The notes beneath the pieces were generated by a model. The model saw only the letters and a list, made by a program, of their open reading frames with translations, made no database searches and was not told the DNA's origin. Shown here one piece after another: positions 1-9,232 of a stretch of DNA of 64,000 nucleotides; position 1 is the first letter of the stretch, and each line of letters opens with the position of its first letter. The position numbers and the translations under genes were made by a program. Origin of the DNA: a virus (lineage: Duplodnaviria > Caudoviricetes); the IMG/VR virus record IMGVR_UViG_3300044652_000022, positions 1 through 64,000 of that record; one strand, written 5' to 3'.

Positions 1-332
1 CGGTGACCTCTGGTGACGCCCAGCCCGAGTACTACAATCAAACCTATCAGAGTTGCAGTGTTCCTGATGCAGACTGTAGAACGGCATTTGAGAAGGCGGT
101 TGCCTGGATGCGCGCGAAAGAGGAGGCAAGCAAATGAACGATGCGGCGCGGAACAAAAATGTGGGTTGATCCTGGTTTTTATCTTGTGTAGAATGCTTCC
201 ATCTCTGCTAGGGCTTCATGGGCCCTTGCAGGGTTCGCGCGAAGACCACGCCGGGAACCGGAAGATGCGGCCACGCCCTTTTCCTCATACCGCAGCTAAC
301 AAACGAGTGCGGGACAAGCTCCCGGCGTTGCC

Positions 333-1256
333 CTAAAAAACAATCAGATCATTCGCCGCTTGCTTCAGGTTCTGACGATTCCCCAAATAGCGCTCCGTAG
401 TCTGGATCGAGGCGTGCCCGAGCAACATCTGGATCTGGTCGAGGTCACCGCCGCCGGCCTTGCAGAGTTTAGCGCACGTTCGGCGCAGGTCATGCGGCGC
501 TAATTTCGGCACGCCGATCCGATTCCCATACCTGCGCACCAGTTCCACAATCGTCTGCTCTAGAATCGGTCGTCCGGCGACACAGCCGCGCTTGTCCACC
601 ACGCGAAAAACGTAGGGACATTCTGGGAAGGCGTGCAACGACACCGCCGTCCATACGTCGATCAAATCCTTCGCCCACGGCGGAATCGGAACGGTGCGCA
701 CGCGCTGTCCCTTGCCCACGATATCCAGCACCACCCACCGACCTTCGCGCATCGCCAAATGGCGGTAGGTCAAGGCGGCGAGTTCGCTGCGCCGCAGCCC
801 GCACCCAATCAGCGTTCCCAGCACCGCCTTATCGCGTTTGCCGCGCAATGAGGAATCGGGCGCGGCGAGGATCGCGCGCACCTGTTCCGCTGTCAACCAA
901 TTACCCACCCGCACGCCTTTCAACTCCACGCTCTTTACTCGTCTAGCGTGCATGGCGCTGGCGAGCGGGATCAATTGCGCGTCTGCCATTTCCTCTACCA
1001 GCTTGCGCAGGGCGGTCAGCCGCAAATTGATAGAGGCTGGCGCGTACTTCTGTGACGCGAGGAAAGCCTTGTACGACAGGAGCAAGGCTTTGGTCATCGG
1101 TGCGGCGAGCGACAGCGCTAACCACCAGGCGAAAAAATCGTCCAAGGCGCGCCCGTAGGCGTATTTCGAGTGCGGCGAGTTTACACTGTCCACCACGATC
1201 TTCCGAAGGTGCTGGAAAATGTCGCGAGCAGGAGCGGAGGAAACGGCTGGTGTCAT
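333..1256 (-). CDS. int: Tyrosine recombinase/integrase (XerD-like, ~307 aa)
   Basis: Catalytic motifs GLRRSE, K, HDLRR, LGH and TERY. Start placed at MTPAVSS (1256) because the upstream in-frame extension overlaps an intergenic inverted repeat. Confidence 0.9.
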   Translation of the reverse strand: MTPAVSSAPARDIFQHLRKIVVDSVNSPHSKYAYGRALDDFFAWWLALSLAAPMTKALLLSYKAFLASQKYAPASINLRLTALRKLVEEMADAQLIPLASAMHARRVKSVELKGVRVGNWLTAEQVRAILAAPDSSLRGKRDKAVLGTLIGCGLRRSELAALTYRHLAMREGRWVVLDIVGKGQRVRTVPIPPWAKDLIDVWTAVSLHAFPECPYVFRVVDKRGCVAGRPILEQTIVELVRRYGNRIGVPKLAPHDLRRTCAKLCKAGGGDLDQIQMLLGHASIQTTERYLGNRQNLKQAANDLIVF

Positions 1257-1334
1257 AGCAACACATATAACGCTTGTTACCGCAGGTCTGGGCGTTGACT
1301 TCCCTGCAAAACTCGCGTTACGACGGTGCTGCTT

Positions 1335-1406
1335 CGGCTCTGCTCGCTTCCGCTGTCGGAAAGGGCTGTGCAGGTCCAGGAGGCGTCGGAAAATCGAGCA
1401 GCGCCG
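1335..1406. repeat. Imperfect inverted repeat built from two copies of the dispersed GCAG-CC core
   Basis: cggctctgctcg (1335-1346) / cgagcagcgccg (1395-1406), with an inner ttccg/cggaa pair. Confidence 0.7.
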
Positions 1407-1463
1407 ATCTAATGAGCCGACCTGTCCTGACATTTTGACCGATTCCTGTACAATTCAGTCGGA

Positions 1464-1733
1464 ATGGGAAAACCGAAAGAGGAAAGACCCCGCATCCCAA
1501 TAAAAATTGGCGCTCGCGGGCAATTCGTCAAGATCAACGGGCGAATCCTGCAAGTGGATGAGATTCGCTCCGTAAGCCCGCTGTCGCGCGGGATCCACCG
1601 GTCGGACTGCGTGCTGACCCACATCCTCCACCTGAAGCCAGGTTGCATGGGCGACGATCCAAATAAGGCGATCAAAAAGCTCTGGATCACGGATGAGGAA
1701 TACGAAGCCCTGGAGAAACTACTACTCACATGA
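1464..1733 (+). CDS. Hypothetical protein
   Basis: 89-aa ORF, first of the plus-strand run, divergent from int. Confidence 0.6.
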   Translation: MGKPKEERPRIPIKIGARGQFVKINGRILQVDEIRSVSPLSRGIHRSDCVLTHILHLKPGCMGDDPNKAIKKLWITDEEYEALEKLLLT

Positions 1734-1745
1734 ACTGGAGAGAAA

Positions 1746-2507
1746 ATGACCGCTGAACTCGAAGCCGTTGCGCATTTTCTTCAGGAGGCTGGCGACCACT
1801 TTGCGCGAAACAAGACGCCAATGCCCTCCGCCCTGCGCGAGGCGTTGGGCGTTCTGCCTACCTTGCAGCGGCGCGAAAAATCGCTTAACAAAATCCTCGT
1901 CCTGGCTAATGAATGGGGCTGGGACGGCGTGACGAACTCGAAGATCCTCGAGAACTTCCTGGAAGAGTTCGTCAACGGCTTGCAAGCGCAATTAGCCATC
2001 ACCCAGAAAATGGGTGCCCTTACGACAGCGGCGAGACGCGCCGACGCGCGCGGAGAAGAGGCGCTTCGCGAAGTCTTAGACGCTAAGGAAGAGGCGCGGA
2101 AACAGTGGGTGCGCACCGCCTACAGCCTTTTTCAGGTGCTGCTGCCCTTTATTGATGCCTATAAAAAGTACCGAGAATCGGTGACGAAAATCGGCTCGGT
2201 GCAAGCCGATACACCGCACGTGGACATTGCACATTTCGAGCGAGCCTGGCGCGAAACGTTCGACCTCCTAAAAAACGACGAACCGCCGTTGTACTTCATC
2301 CAAAACAAAGGGCACGTCGGCAACTGCTTGCTATGGTGGCGGAAGGGTAGTCACGGGTACACGACCGACCTCAATGAAGCGGAGCAGTTCACGGAGGAAG
2401 AAGCGCGCAAGATCGTCACAGGGCGCCGCCCGCAGGAAGATTTCATGTACCCGGTTTCGGCTGTGCTGCTGGCAGCGCAGCGGCATGTGGTGGAAGGAGC
2501 CTTGTAA
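1746..2507 (+). CDS. Hypothetical phage protein (coiled coil plus C-terminal GNCLLWW..GYTTDL domain)
   Basis: 253-aa ORF with GGAG RBS; the C-terminal motif is typical of small phage proteins. Confidence 0.7.
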   Translation: MTAELEAVAHFLQEAGDHFARNKTPMPSALREALGVLPTLQRREKSLNKILVLANEWGWDGVTNSKILENFLEEFVNGLQAQLAITQKMGALTTAARRADARGEEALREVLDAKEEARKQWVRTAYSLFQVLLPFIDAYKKYRESVTKIGSVQADTPHVDIAHFERAWRETFDLLKNDEPPLYFIQNKGHVGNCLLWWRKGSHGYTTDLNEAEQFTEEEARKIVTGRRPQEDFMYPVSAVLLAAQRHVVEGAL

Positions 2508-2700
2508 TGGAGACCTGGTTCACCTTCAACGGCGTCGGCATCCTGCTGACGACAGGCCGACACCTCCACGAAATTCAGAACTGGCCGGCGTGGGAGCCCG
2601 ACGTAATCCTTTCGGTGTACGAAGGCGAGGTCCGCGTCCTGCGTTCCAAACCCAACATGGTGCTGCTGACAAAATGACGAAAAATTTTTGGCGGAAGCCA

Positions 2701-2730
2701 TTGACACCTCCCTATAGTTTTCGTCATAAT
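2701..2730 (+). promoter_or_regulatory. Early promoter P1 (CCTATAGTTT-box class)
   Basis: TTGACA-18-CATAAT; ATG follows 6 nt later. Confidence 0.85.
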
Positions 2731-2736
2731 TTACGC

Positions 2737-3117
2737 ATGACCACGCGCCTTCACACCGACGTGAAAGACGAAACCTTCGAAGCCGCATACCGATACGTTC
2801 TGAACAACTACGCCTTCCTCTTCCACGATTCGCTGCGCGAGGTGAAGTTGCTGTACGGCGTGAAACATCATCGCGGAGCGGCGGGCGTTCATATTCGATA
2901 CGGCGGCGTGCGCGGCTATTCGGTCATCACCCTGCGCCATTCCCAATGGGCGACGATCCCCAAATATGTCGAGGTCCTCGTTCACGAATTGACGCACCTG
3001 GCGCAGTGGACGAGCGGGCGCGCGCCGTTTATGACGGAGGCGCAGATGGAAGCGGAAGCGTACCCGGCCGGGTTTGCGGCGATGTATGCCTACCAGTACC
3101 GCGCGCAGGCTGCGTAA
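2737..3117 (+). CDS. HExxH zincin-like metallopeptidase
   Basis: VLVHELTHLAQW followed by MEAEA; leaderless start after P1. Confidence 0.7.
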   Translation: MTTRLHTDVKDETFEAAYRYVLNNYAFLFHDSLREVKLLYGVKHHRGAAGVHIRYGGVRGYSVITLRHSQWATIPKYVEVLVHELTHLAQWTSGRAPFMTEAQMEAEAYPAGFAAMYAYQYRAQAA

Positions 3118-3139
3118 AAATGAAGCGAGAGGAGTTCAC

Positions 3140-3436
3140 ATGGCGATAGACGTGTTCATGCCAGGTACCCTGCGCGCAGCCCGGGAGATTAGCAACCTGT
3201 ACGTTTCGCTGATTTCCAAGCAATTGCGTCAGGTTGGGATTCGCATCCCTGCGGCGCAGAAAAACGACGAAGGACTGGACGATTTGGCTCGCATAATCGA
3301 GCGGCATACGGCGGTTTCGGAAATGGCGGCGGTGCTGGAGGAACTGGCGACGCTAGCGGAAAGCAGTCTGCCAAGTTTGCGGTCGTCTGACGGTGTGCTT
3401 CTCCGGGCTCGGATGGTGCTGGCGAAGATTCGGTGA
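3140..3436 (+). CDS. Hypothetical protein
   Basis: RBS GAGGAG before ATG at 3140. Confidence 0.6.
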   Translation: MAIDVFMPGTLRAAREISNLYVSLISKQLRQVGIRIPAAQKNDEGLDDLARIIERHTAVSEMAAVLEELATLAESSLPSLRSSDGVLLRARMVLAKIR

Positions 3437-3455
3437 AATTATTTTTGGAAGCGGG

Positions 3456-3484
3456 TTGACGCGCGCCTATAGTTTCCCTATAAT
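3456..3484 (+). promoter_or_regulatory. Early promoter P2
   Basis: TTGACG-17-TATAAT; ATG follows 7 nt later. Confidence 0.9.
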
Positions 3485-3491
3485 TAACAGT

Positions 3492-4634
3492 ATGAAGGTC
3501 ACCAAACAAGGCAGCTTTTACGTCGCGCAGACGGCCAACTCCGCCGAAGGCCAAGCACCCCGCAGCGCCGGGTTCCGCTGGGATCCGGCCAAGCGCGTCT
3601 GGTGGACGAAGTTCATCGAAAAAGCCTGCAAACTCGCTGCCTACGCCGACGCGACGTGCCAGAAGGAACTGACCGACTACGCCGCGCAGCATGACGCAGC
3701 GGTGGAAGCGAGCCGGGCAGAAACCGTCGCCGACGACGTGCATATCCCGGCGCCGAAGGGTCTCGAATACCTGCCCTACCAAAAAGCGGGGATCAGCTAC
3801 GCTAGCAAGCGCTTCGCCGCCGGCCAGCGCGTTTGGCTCTGCGCCGACGACATGGGCCTGGGAAAAACCATCCAGGGCGTCGGGCTGTTCAATATGAACG
3901 CCGCTATCCGGCGCGTCCTCGTTATCTGCCCCGCTTCGCTCCGCATCAATTGGAAGCGCGAGTTCGAAAAGTGGGCTGTCCGCCCCGTTACTGTCGGGAT
4001 CGCTAACGGCGTGTTCCCGGACACCGACGTTGTAATCATCAACTACGACATCCTGGAAAAATTCCACGTTCAGATCCGCGCGATTCAGTGGGACCTCATG
4101 CTCGTGGACGAAGCGCAGTACCTGAAGAATCCCAAAGCCAAGCGGACGCAGGAGGTGCTCGGGTCGAAAAAGTGGGACAAGGTGCGCAAGCTGGAAGTGG
4201 TCGAAGTCGAGCCGATCAAAGCCACGTACGCTGCGTTTCTGACGGGTACGCCGATCGTCAATCGCCCGGTGGAAGCCTGGCCGATTCTGCACTACGCAGA
4301 CCCGACGACCTGGTACAATTTCATGTCCTTCGCCAAGCGCTATTGCGGCGCCAAGCACAACGGCTACGGCTGGGACTTCAGCGGTTCGAGCAACCTCGCT
4401 GAACTCCAGGATAAACTGCGTAGCACGATCATGACGCGGCGCCTGAAGGTTGACGTTCTGAAAGAGCTTCCGGCCAAGCGCCGCCAGGTCATCGAGTTGC
4501 CCGCTGTCAACGGCGCGAAAGTCGCTCTCCAGGCGGAGCAGGAAGCGGCTGCGAAGTACCAGAAACTACAGGAAGAACTTGCGCGCCTGCAGGCGATGGG
4601 TCGTCAACTTGGATACGAAAAGGAGGTGGCGTAA
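3492..4634 (+). CDS. SNF2-family helicase, N-terminal ATPase lobe only
   Basis: DDMGLGKT (Walker A), VICPASL, VDEAQ (motif II), LTGTP (motif III); stops before motifs IV-VI. Confidence 0.9.
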   Translation: MKVTKQGSFYVAQTANSAEGQAPRSAGFRWDPAKRVWWTKFIEKACKLAAYADATCQKELTDYAAQHDAAVEASRAETVADDVHIPAPKGLEYLPYQKAGISYASKRFAAGQRVWLCADDMGLGKTIQGVGLFNMNAAIRRVLVICPASLRINWKREFEKWAVRPVTVGIANGVFPDTDVVIINYDILEKFHVQIRAIQWDLMLVDEAQYLKNPKAKRTQEVLGSKKWDKVRKLEVVEVEPIKATYAAFLTGTPIVNRPVEAWPILHYADPTTWYNFMSFAKRYCGAKHNGYGWDFSGSSNLAELQDKLRSTIMTRRLKVDVLKELPAKRRQVIELPAVNGAKVALQAEQEAAAKYQKLQEELARLQAMGRQLGYEKEVA

Positions 4635-4808
4635 ATGCCCAAAAAGTACGAAACGCGGAGGCTTCCCGAGGAGGAAGCCCTCGCCTTCATCCAGAATATG
4701 CGGTGGTTCGCAGGCATGGGACGCATTACCGCCAAGAGAAACGGAGACGGAACGGTGACGGTGCGCGCTACTCGTCACGCCTGGTCCAATTTCATATGCT
4801 ACCAGTAG
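4635..4808 (+). CDS. Small hypothetical protein
   Basis: AGGAGG RBS and TAAATG coupling to the helicase-N stop. Confidence 0.55.
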   Translation: MPKKYETRRLPEEEALAFIQNMRWFAGMGRITAKRNGDGTVTVRATRHAWSNFICYQ

Positions 4809-4827
4809 AACGCTACAGGTTTTTGCC

Positions 4828-5184
4828 ATGAACACCGAAATTCTGCTTAAACTGGGGTGGGCGCCGCCCCGCCCCGACTATCTTTTGGACGTTTGGCTGG
4901 CTCCAGGCGAGGTTCAGGCTCGTTTCGGCGCTGTCACCGCGTCATATCGCTGTCTGGAGCAGTACGAGGATGAAGCGGGGAACGAGTACGCGCGCATTGT
5001 CACGGTTGCCTGTGAGCCCTTTTGGGTGACAGGGAGCGAAGTCGCTCCGGGGCGCTGGCACGCGGTGACGGATCTGCACTTCGACCGCCTAGACGACGCG
5101 ATCCTTTACAACCTCCGCCGCCCGGCGTCGCGGGAGGAGGCAGGTGAAAAACACCCCGAAAACCGAAAACCTGCTGTTGGTTGA
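4828..5184 (+). CDS. Hypothetical protein
   Basis: 118-aa ORF in the run. Confidence 0.55.
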   Translation: MNTEILLKLGWAPPRPDYLLDVWLAPGEVQARFGAVTASYRCLEQYEDEAGNEYARIVTVACEPFWVTGSEVAPGRWHAVTDLHFDRLDDAILYNLRRPASREEAGEKHPENRKPAVG

Positions 5185-5323
5185 GGTTACATCCCCAAAC
5201 CTCGAAAACCGCTTGAATGCCCCTGAGCAGCCTTGGCGTATAACCGATCGCCAAAACTTCCGGATACCAAGTACCGGAAAATCGTTACGACGCAGCAGAA
5301 CCAGAGCTAACCGGGCTGCTCGC
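5184..5323 (+). repeat. ~140-bp structured repeat E1 (paralog of 13072-13211)
   Basis: Shares acatcccc, gcttga, gagcagc, cgtataaccgatcg, taccggaaaatcgtt, cgacgcagcag and ggctgctcgcc in the same order. Confidence 0.85.
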
Positions 5324-5359
5324 CGTCGCGATTTTCTTCCAAAATTCTCTTTGGAAGGG

Positions 5360-5389
5360 TTGACACACGCCTATAGTTTCCCTCATAAT
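5360..5389 (+). promoter_or_regulatory. Early promoter P3
   Basis: TTGACA-18-CATAAT; ATG at 5396. Confidence 0.9.
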
Positions 5390-5395
5390 TTCTAC

Positions 5396-5629
5396 ATGGC
5401 CGCTATCGAAAAACAGCCGAATGCTTACAAGGGGATGCGCCGCGTCCTTTACGGGTTTTCCACTTGGCAGGAATACGCACCGATCCTCCACCACCTGAAC
5501 GTTCTGCCGCTGGCGCAGGCGGGCAAGGTCCGCACGAGATGCGAGGACAAGCGCGGGTATTATTCGATCTTCTGCCTGGCGGAAGCGCGCGAGGCGGTTC
5601 TCGCCGCTTACAAGGAGGTGTCGAAATGA
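5396..5629 (+). CDS. Hypothetical protein (leaderless)
   Basis: ATG 6 nt after the P3 -10; ATGA overlap with the next ORF. Confidence 0.65.
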   Translation: MAAIEKQPNAYKGMRRVLYGFSTWQEYAPILHHLNVLPLAQAGKVRTRCEDKRGYYSIFCLAEAREAVLAAYKEVSK

Positions 5630-5832
5630 CGACACTCCGCACGCTGCCCAAGGATTTCGGAAAGGGATGGATGTCGTCTAACGCCGCCGACCTCTGCCGT
5701 ATCGTTACGGCGTTCACTGACGTATCTCCCGATGCGCTGGTGCGCATGATCCACCGCATTCACCCAGGCACTTGCCAGGTGAACGTCGCAACGGTTGAGC
5801 GGGCTTTGTCGATTTTGGAGGCGGAAAAATAG
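5626..5832 (+). CDS. Hypothetical protein
   Basis: AAGGAGG RBS. Confidence 0.6.
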   Translation: MTTLRTLPKDFGKGWMSSNAADLCRIVTAFTDVSPDALVRMIHRIHPGTCQVNVATVERALSILEAEK

Positions 5833-5856
5833 TTCCAAAAAATCCTTGGAACCGGG

Positions 5857-5885
5857 TTGACATTCACCTATAGTTTCCCTAGAAT
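5857..5885 (+). promoter_or_regulatory. Early promoter P4
   Basis: TTGACA-17-TAGAAT; ATG at 5895. Confidence 0.9.
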
Positions 5886-5894
5886 TATTAACGT

Positions 5895-7244
5895 ATGACG
5901 ACGCAGACACCAAACGATACCACGACTTGCGCGACGTGCGGGAAACTCGTCCGGGTCGAAGCCGCCATGAGCCGCGACGGACTCTATTGGCACCAGAGCT
6001 GTTCCGCTCCCGCTGCGACCCAGAAACCGAGCCTCACGGCTGCGGAATACGCTGCCGCTGTCGCTGCGCTGAAGTCGGCGGTTCAGGTGTCGTTCACCGA
6101 AATGTCGCGCCTCCGTCATGAGACGGCGGTGGCGAAGGTCCCGCTCGTTATCGACCACATCCAATCGTTCGTGGACGCTGGGGTGAAGGTGGTCGTGTTC
6201 GGTCACCATCATGACGTGCTCGATCCTATCGCCGCTGCGTTCCCGGGCATTTCGGTCGTTGTTGACGGCCGCGTGCCGGTGCCCAAGCGCCAGGCGAACG
6301 TTGACCGCTTCCAGAACGATCCCGATTGCCTGGTGTTCATTGGCGAGTTTCAGGCGGCTGGCACGGGCTGGACGCTGACGGCGGCTTCGAACGTCGTTTT
6401 CGCGGAGTTCGATTGGGTGCCCGGGAACATGAGCCAGTGCGAGGATCGCTGCAACCGCATCGGGCAGAAAAACGCCGTCCTCGCGCAGTACCTGGCGTTG
6501 GAGGGTTCGCTGGACGCGGTGATGGCGCACAAGCTGGTTTCGAAGGAATCGGTGATCTTCGACGCACTCGACCGCAAGCCTGAGCCTGCGCAGCCAATCA
6601 TCGTTCCTGCTGCGCCGACGACCGCTCCTTCAACGGGTTCAGTGAACCAGAATCCGCCCTCTAAGCCCGTCGTAAACGACCCGGTGCAAATCGCCGCGAT
6701 CCACGAGGCGCTTCGCCTTGTTGCTGGTGTTTGCGACGGCGCGCACATGCAGGATAACGTCGGGTTCAACGGAACGGATACGGACTTCGGGCGCCAGCTG
6801 GCGGCTCAGGATTCCATCAGCCCGCGTCAGGCGTTCGTCGCCGCGAAAATGCTTTTGAAGTATCACAAGCAGGTCGGCGCAGAGCGGATTCAGGTCTGCA
6901 AGGAGGCGATTGCGGACGCGACGGGTCAGGCGCGTCCCGCTGCTCCTGCTCCGAAGCCGGCGAAGGCTGCGAAGCCCGCTCCCGCCGCTCCGACGCAGCA
7001 GAGCCAGGCTGCTCCGCAGCAGCAACCCGCTGCTCCCAAGGGTAACCCGTACAAAGCGGGTACGCAGACGGCGAAAGCGTTCGATATCCTCTCCGACGGC
7101 CAATTTCATACGTGGGAGGAACTGAAAACTGCCAACCCAAAATGGCCCAAGGATTCGGTAATCGCAATCGCGAAGGACGCGGCTTCGATGGGCTGGACGA
7201 TCAATCGGACGAAGGAGGGCTTCCAGCTGACGCTGGGAGCCTAA
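5895..7244 (+). CDS. SNF2-family helicase, C-terminal lobe plus CDGA domain plus repeated C-terminal domain
   Basis: KVVVFGHH (IV), AAGTGWTLTAA (V), QCEDRCNRIGQ (VI). Confidence 0.88.
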   Translation: MTTQTPNDTTTCATCGKLVRVEAAMSRDGLYWHQSCSAPAATQKPSLTAAEYAAAVAALKSAVQVSFTEMSRLRHETAVAKVPLVIDHIQSFVDAGVKVVVFGHHHDVLDPIAAAFPGISVVVDGRVPVPKRQANVDRFQNDPDCLVFIGEFQAAGTGWTLTAASNVVFAEFDWVPGNMSQCEDRCNRIGQKNAVLAQYLALEGSLDAVMAHKLVSKESVIFDALDRKPEPAQPIIVPAAPTTAPSTGSVNQNPPSKPVVNDPVQIAAIHEALRLVAGVCDGAHMQDNVGFNGTDTDFGRQLAAQDSISPRQAFVAAKMLLKYHKQVGAERIQVCKEAIADATGQARPAAPAPKPAKAAKPAPAAPTQQSQAAPQQQPAAPKGNPYKAGTQTAKAFDILSDGQFHTWEELKTANPKWPKDSVIAIAKDAASMGWTINRTKEGFQLTLGA

Positions 7245-7470
7245 GGAGGTGGGCGTTGACCTGGATCGTTTTTACGATGGACGAGACGGTGGGAAAATTC
7301 TCGTTAAAGTACCAAGCCGTGGCAGCGGTGGTGGGGCGTTGCTGCGGGCGGTTGCGTGCGCGACGACTGCGTCCCGGAGCCTACGAGTACAAAAGCGAAG
7401 GCGAAAACCGCAGCCGCACGTATTGGGTGATGACCGAATACGAGGCGAAACGTGATGGGTGGGGTGGTGA

Positions 7471-7842
7471 ATGAAAGACGCGGACGGAGCGATCATTTCA
7501 GGCTATCGGTATGGCGCGGAAAATCTGCTAGTGTCGCGCGACCGGATTATCGGTGTGCCTAACCAGGTATTCAAAAACGAGGAGGAGTTGCTGGCGTACT
7601 ACGACCGCGAGCACCCAGAGTTCGGCCCGCCGCTGTCGCGCATTTACGAAGCCGGCGGCGAGGTCTGGCTGCGTCCTAAAATCGTTCCAGGATACCAAGC
7701 GCGTCCGCTGGTTGGCGGGCTTTGGGAGGTCGGGTTCGTGCGTCCAGAAAATGGAGAGTGGGTGCACACCGACACCTGCGACGACGAGGCGACGGCGCGA
7801 GAGAACGCGCGCTGGATGAACGATCATTCGGCGAGTCAATGA
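7471..7842 (+). CDS. Hypothetical protein
   Basis: 123-aa ORF with ATGA overlap. Confidence 0.6.
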   Translation: MKDADGAIISGYRYGAENLLVSRDRIIGVPNQVFKNEEELLAYYDREHPEFGPPLSRIYEAGGEVWLRPKIVPGYQARPLVGGLWEVGFVRPENGEWVHTDTCDDEATARENARWMNDHSASQ

Positions 7843-7864
7843 AAATCGGGGAAGTGGTCTAACG

Positions 7865-8803
7865 GTGCCCAAGATCAAGTACGAGGACATAAATTTCTCG
7901 CCGCAAAAAATGGCGATTATAGACGCCGCAAACAGGATTATTGCGGAGTACGCGCGGCAGGGCTACACATTGACGCTACGCCAAACTTATTACCAGTTTG
8001 TAGCGCGCGACCTCCTTCCGCAATCCTGGGCTGACGCCAACGGCGTCGTCAACCGCCCGGAGAGCTACAATAAACTGGGAACGATTATCAACGACGGGCG
8101 CATGGCCGGGCTGATTGATTGGCTGGCAATCGTGGATCGAGGGCGCAATTCCTACGCCAATCGACATTGGGATAAGCCGTCGTCAATCATCAAGGACACG
8201 ATCAATCAGTATGCCATCGACAAATGGGCGAACCAGAAGAATTACGTGGAGGTCTGGGTCGAAAAGGAAGCCCTCGAGGACGTGTTGCATCACGCCTGCC
8301 AACCGATGGACGTGCGGTACTTCGCCTGCAAAGGTTACACGTCGCAATCGGCAATGTGGGAGGCTTCACAGCGGCTCCTCAGGAAAATCGAGGCCGGCAA
8401 GGAGGTTCACATTGTCCATCTGGGCGACCACGACCCTTCCGGGATTGACATGTCGCGGGACATTTTCTCGCGGCTGTCGTTGTTCGTCGGAACGAAAGTT
8501 CACGTTATGCGGATCGCGCTGAACATGGTGCAGATTCAACGCTACAACCCGCCGCCCAACCCGGCCAAGACCACCGACAGCCGCTATGCCGACTACCGAG
8601 CGAAATACGGCGACGAATCGGGGGAGCTCGACGCCCTGGAACCGACCATTCTCGTTGACCTGATCGAGCGGGCGGTGGGTCAGTTCCGCGACGAAAAACT
8701 CTGGCAGGAGGCTTGCGATCAGGAGCGGAAAGGGCAGCGGACGCTGGAGACGTTGCACGAAAAATTCCCCCAAGTTGTCCAATTTCTGAGGACCCAAAAA
8801 TGA
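7865..8803 (+). CDS. Topoisomerase VI-A/Spo11-like TOPRIM protein
   Basis: TLRQTYYQ (candidate catalytic Tyr), VWVEKEA, LGDHDPSG TOPRIM motifs. Confidence 0.8.
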   Translation: MPKIKYEDINFSPQKMAIIDAANRIIAEYARQGYTLTLRQTYYQFVARDLLPQSWADANGVVNRPESYNKLGTIINDGRMAGLIDWLAIVDRGRNSYANRHWDKPSSIIKDTINQYAIDKWANQKNYVEVWVEKEALEDVLHHACQPMDVRYFACKGYTSQSAMWEASQRLLRKIEAGKEVHIVHLGDHDPSGIDMSRDIFSRLSLFVGTKVHVMRIALNMVQIQRYNPPPNPAKTTDSRYADYRAKYGDESGELDALEPTILVDLIERAVGQFRDEKLWQEACDQERKGQRTLETLHEKFPQVVQFLRTQK

Positions 8804-9153
8804 AACCAAAAATGAAACTGATCCATACGCTGGTTGTCTGCAAGGAATGCCCCTTCCGCAAAGGGCAGAGCTACCTCATGCCTGGTCGGGCTGCGGAAAT
8901 AGCCGATTATATGGGCGAGCAGGGCGGCGGAAAAATCTTTCCCTGCCATAAACACGCCGACGCACCGCGAGTGCGGGATCGGCTGGTATGCGCGGGCTCC
9001 ATTCTGTATGCGCTTCGGCGCGGGATCTGGACGCAGGCAATGCAGATTGGCGAGCGCCTGGGCCTTTACGACACCAGCAAAATCCGTCCTGCCGACGTGT
9101 ATCAATCGCGCGACGAAATGATCCGCGGCCATTCGCGCTGGCGAAAAAAATAG
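8800..9153 (+). CDS. Cys/His-rich phage protein (CxxCPF...CH...CAG; DUF6283-like)
   Basis: CKECPFRK, FPCHK, VCAGS. Confidence 0.6.
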   Translation: MKPKMKLIHTLVVCKECPFRKGQSYLMPGRAAEIADYMGEQGGGKIFPCHKHADAPRVRDRLVCAGSILYALRRGIWTQAMQIGERLGLYDTSKIRPADVYQSRDEMIRGHSRWRKK

Positions 9154-9177
9154 TCCAAAAAATTTTTGGCTTCCGGG

Positions 9178-9206
9178 TTGACATTCGCCTATAGTTTCCC
9201 TAGAAT
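9178..9206 (+). promoter_or_regulatory. Early promoter P5
   Basis: TTGACA-17-TAGAAT, then a GGAGG RBS. Confidence 0.9.
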
Positions 9207-9232
9207 TATGAATGTAAGCAGGAGGCGACAAA

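Noticed and set aside
13-336. 107-aa ORF at the window start
   Set aside because: No RBS or motif. A different frame ending at 137 looks more gene-like but is too partial to call.
4634-5895. Intron or split intein joining the helicase halves
   Set aside because: No intein terminal residues or group I/II features; the interval holds ordinary ORFs and promoters.
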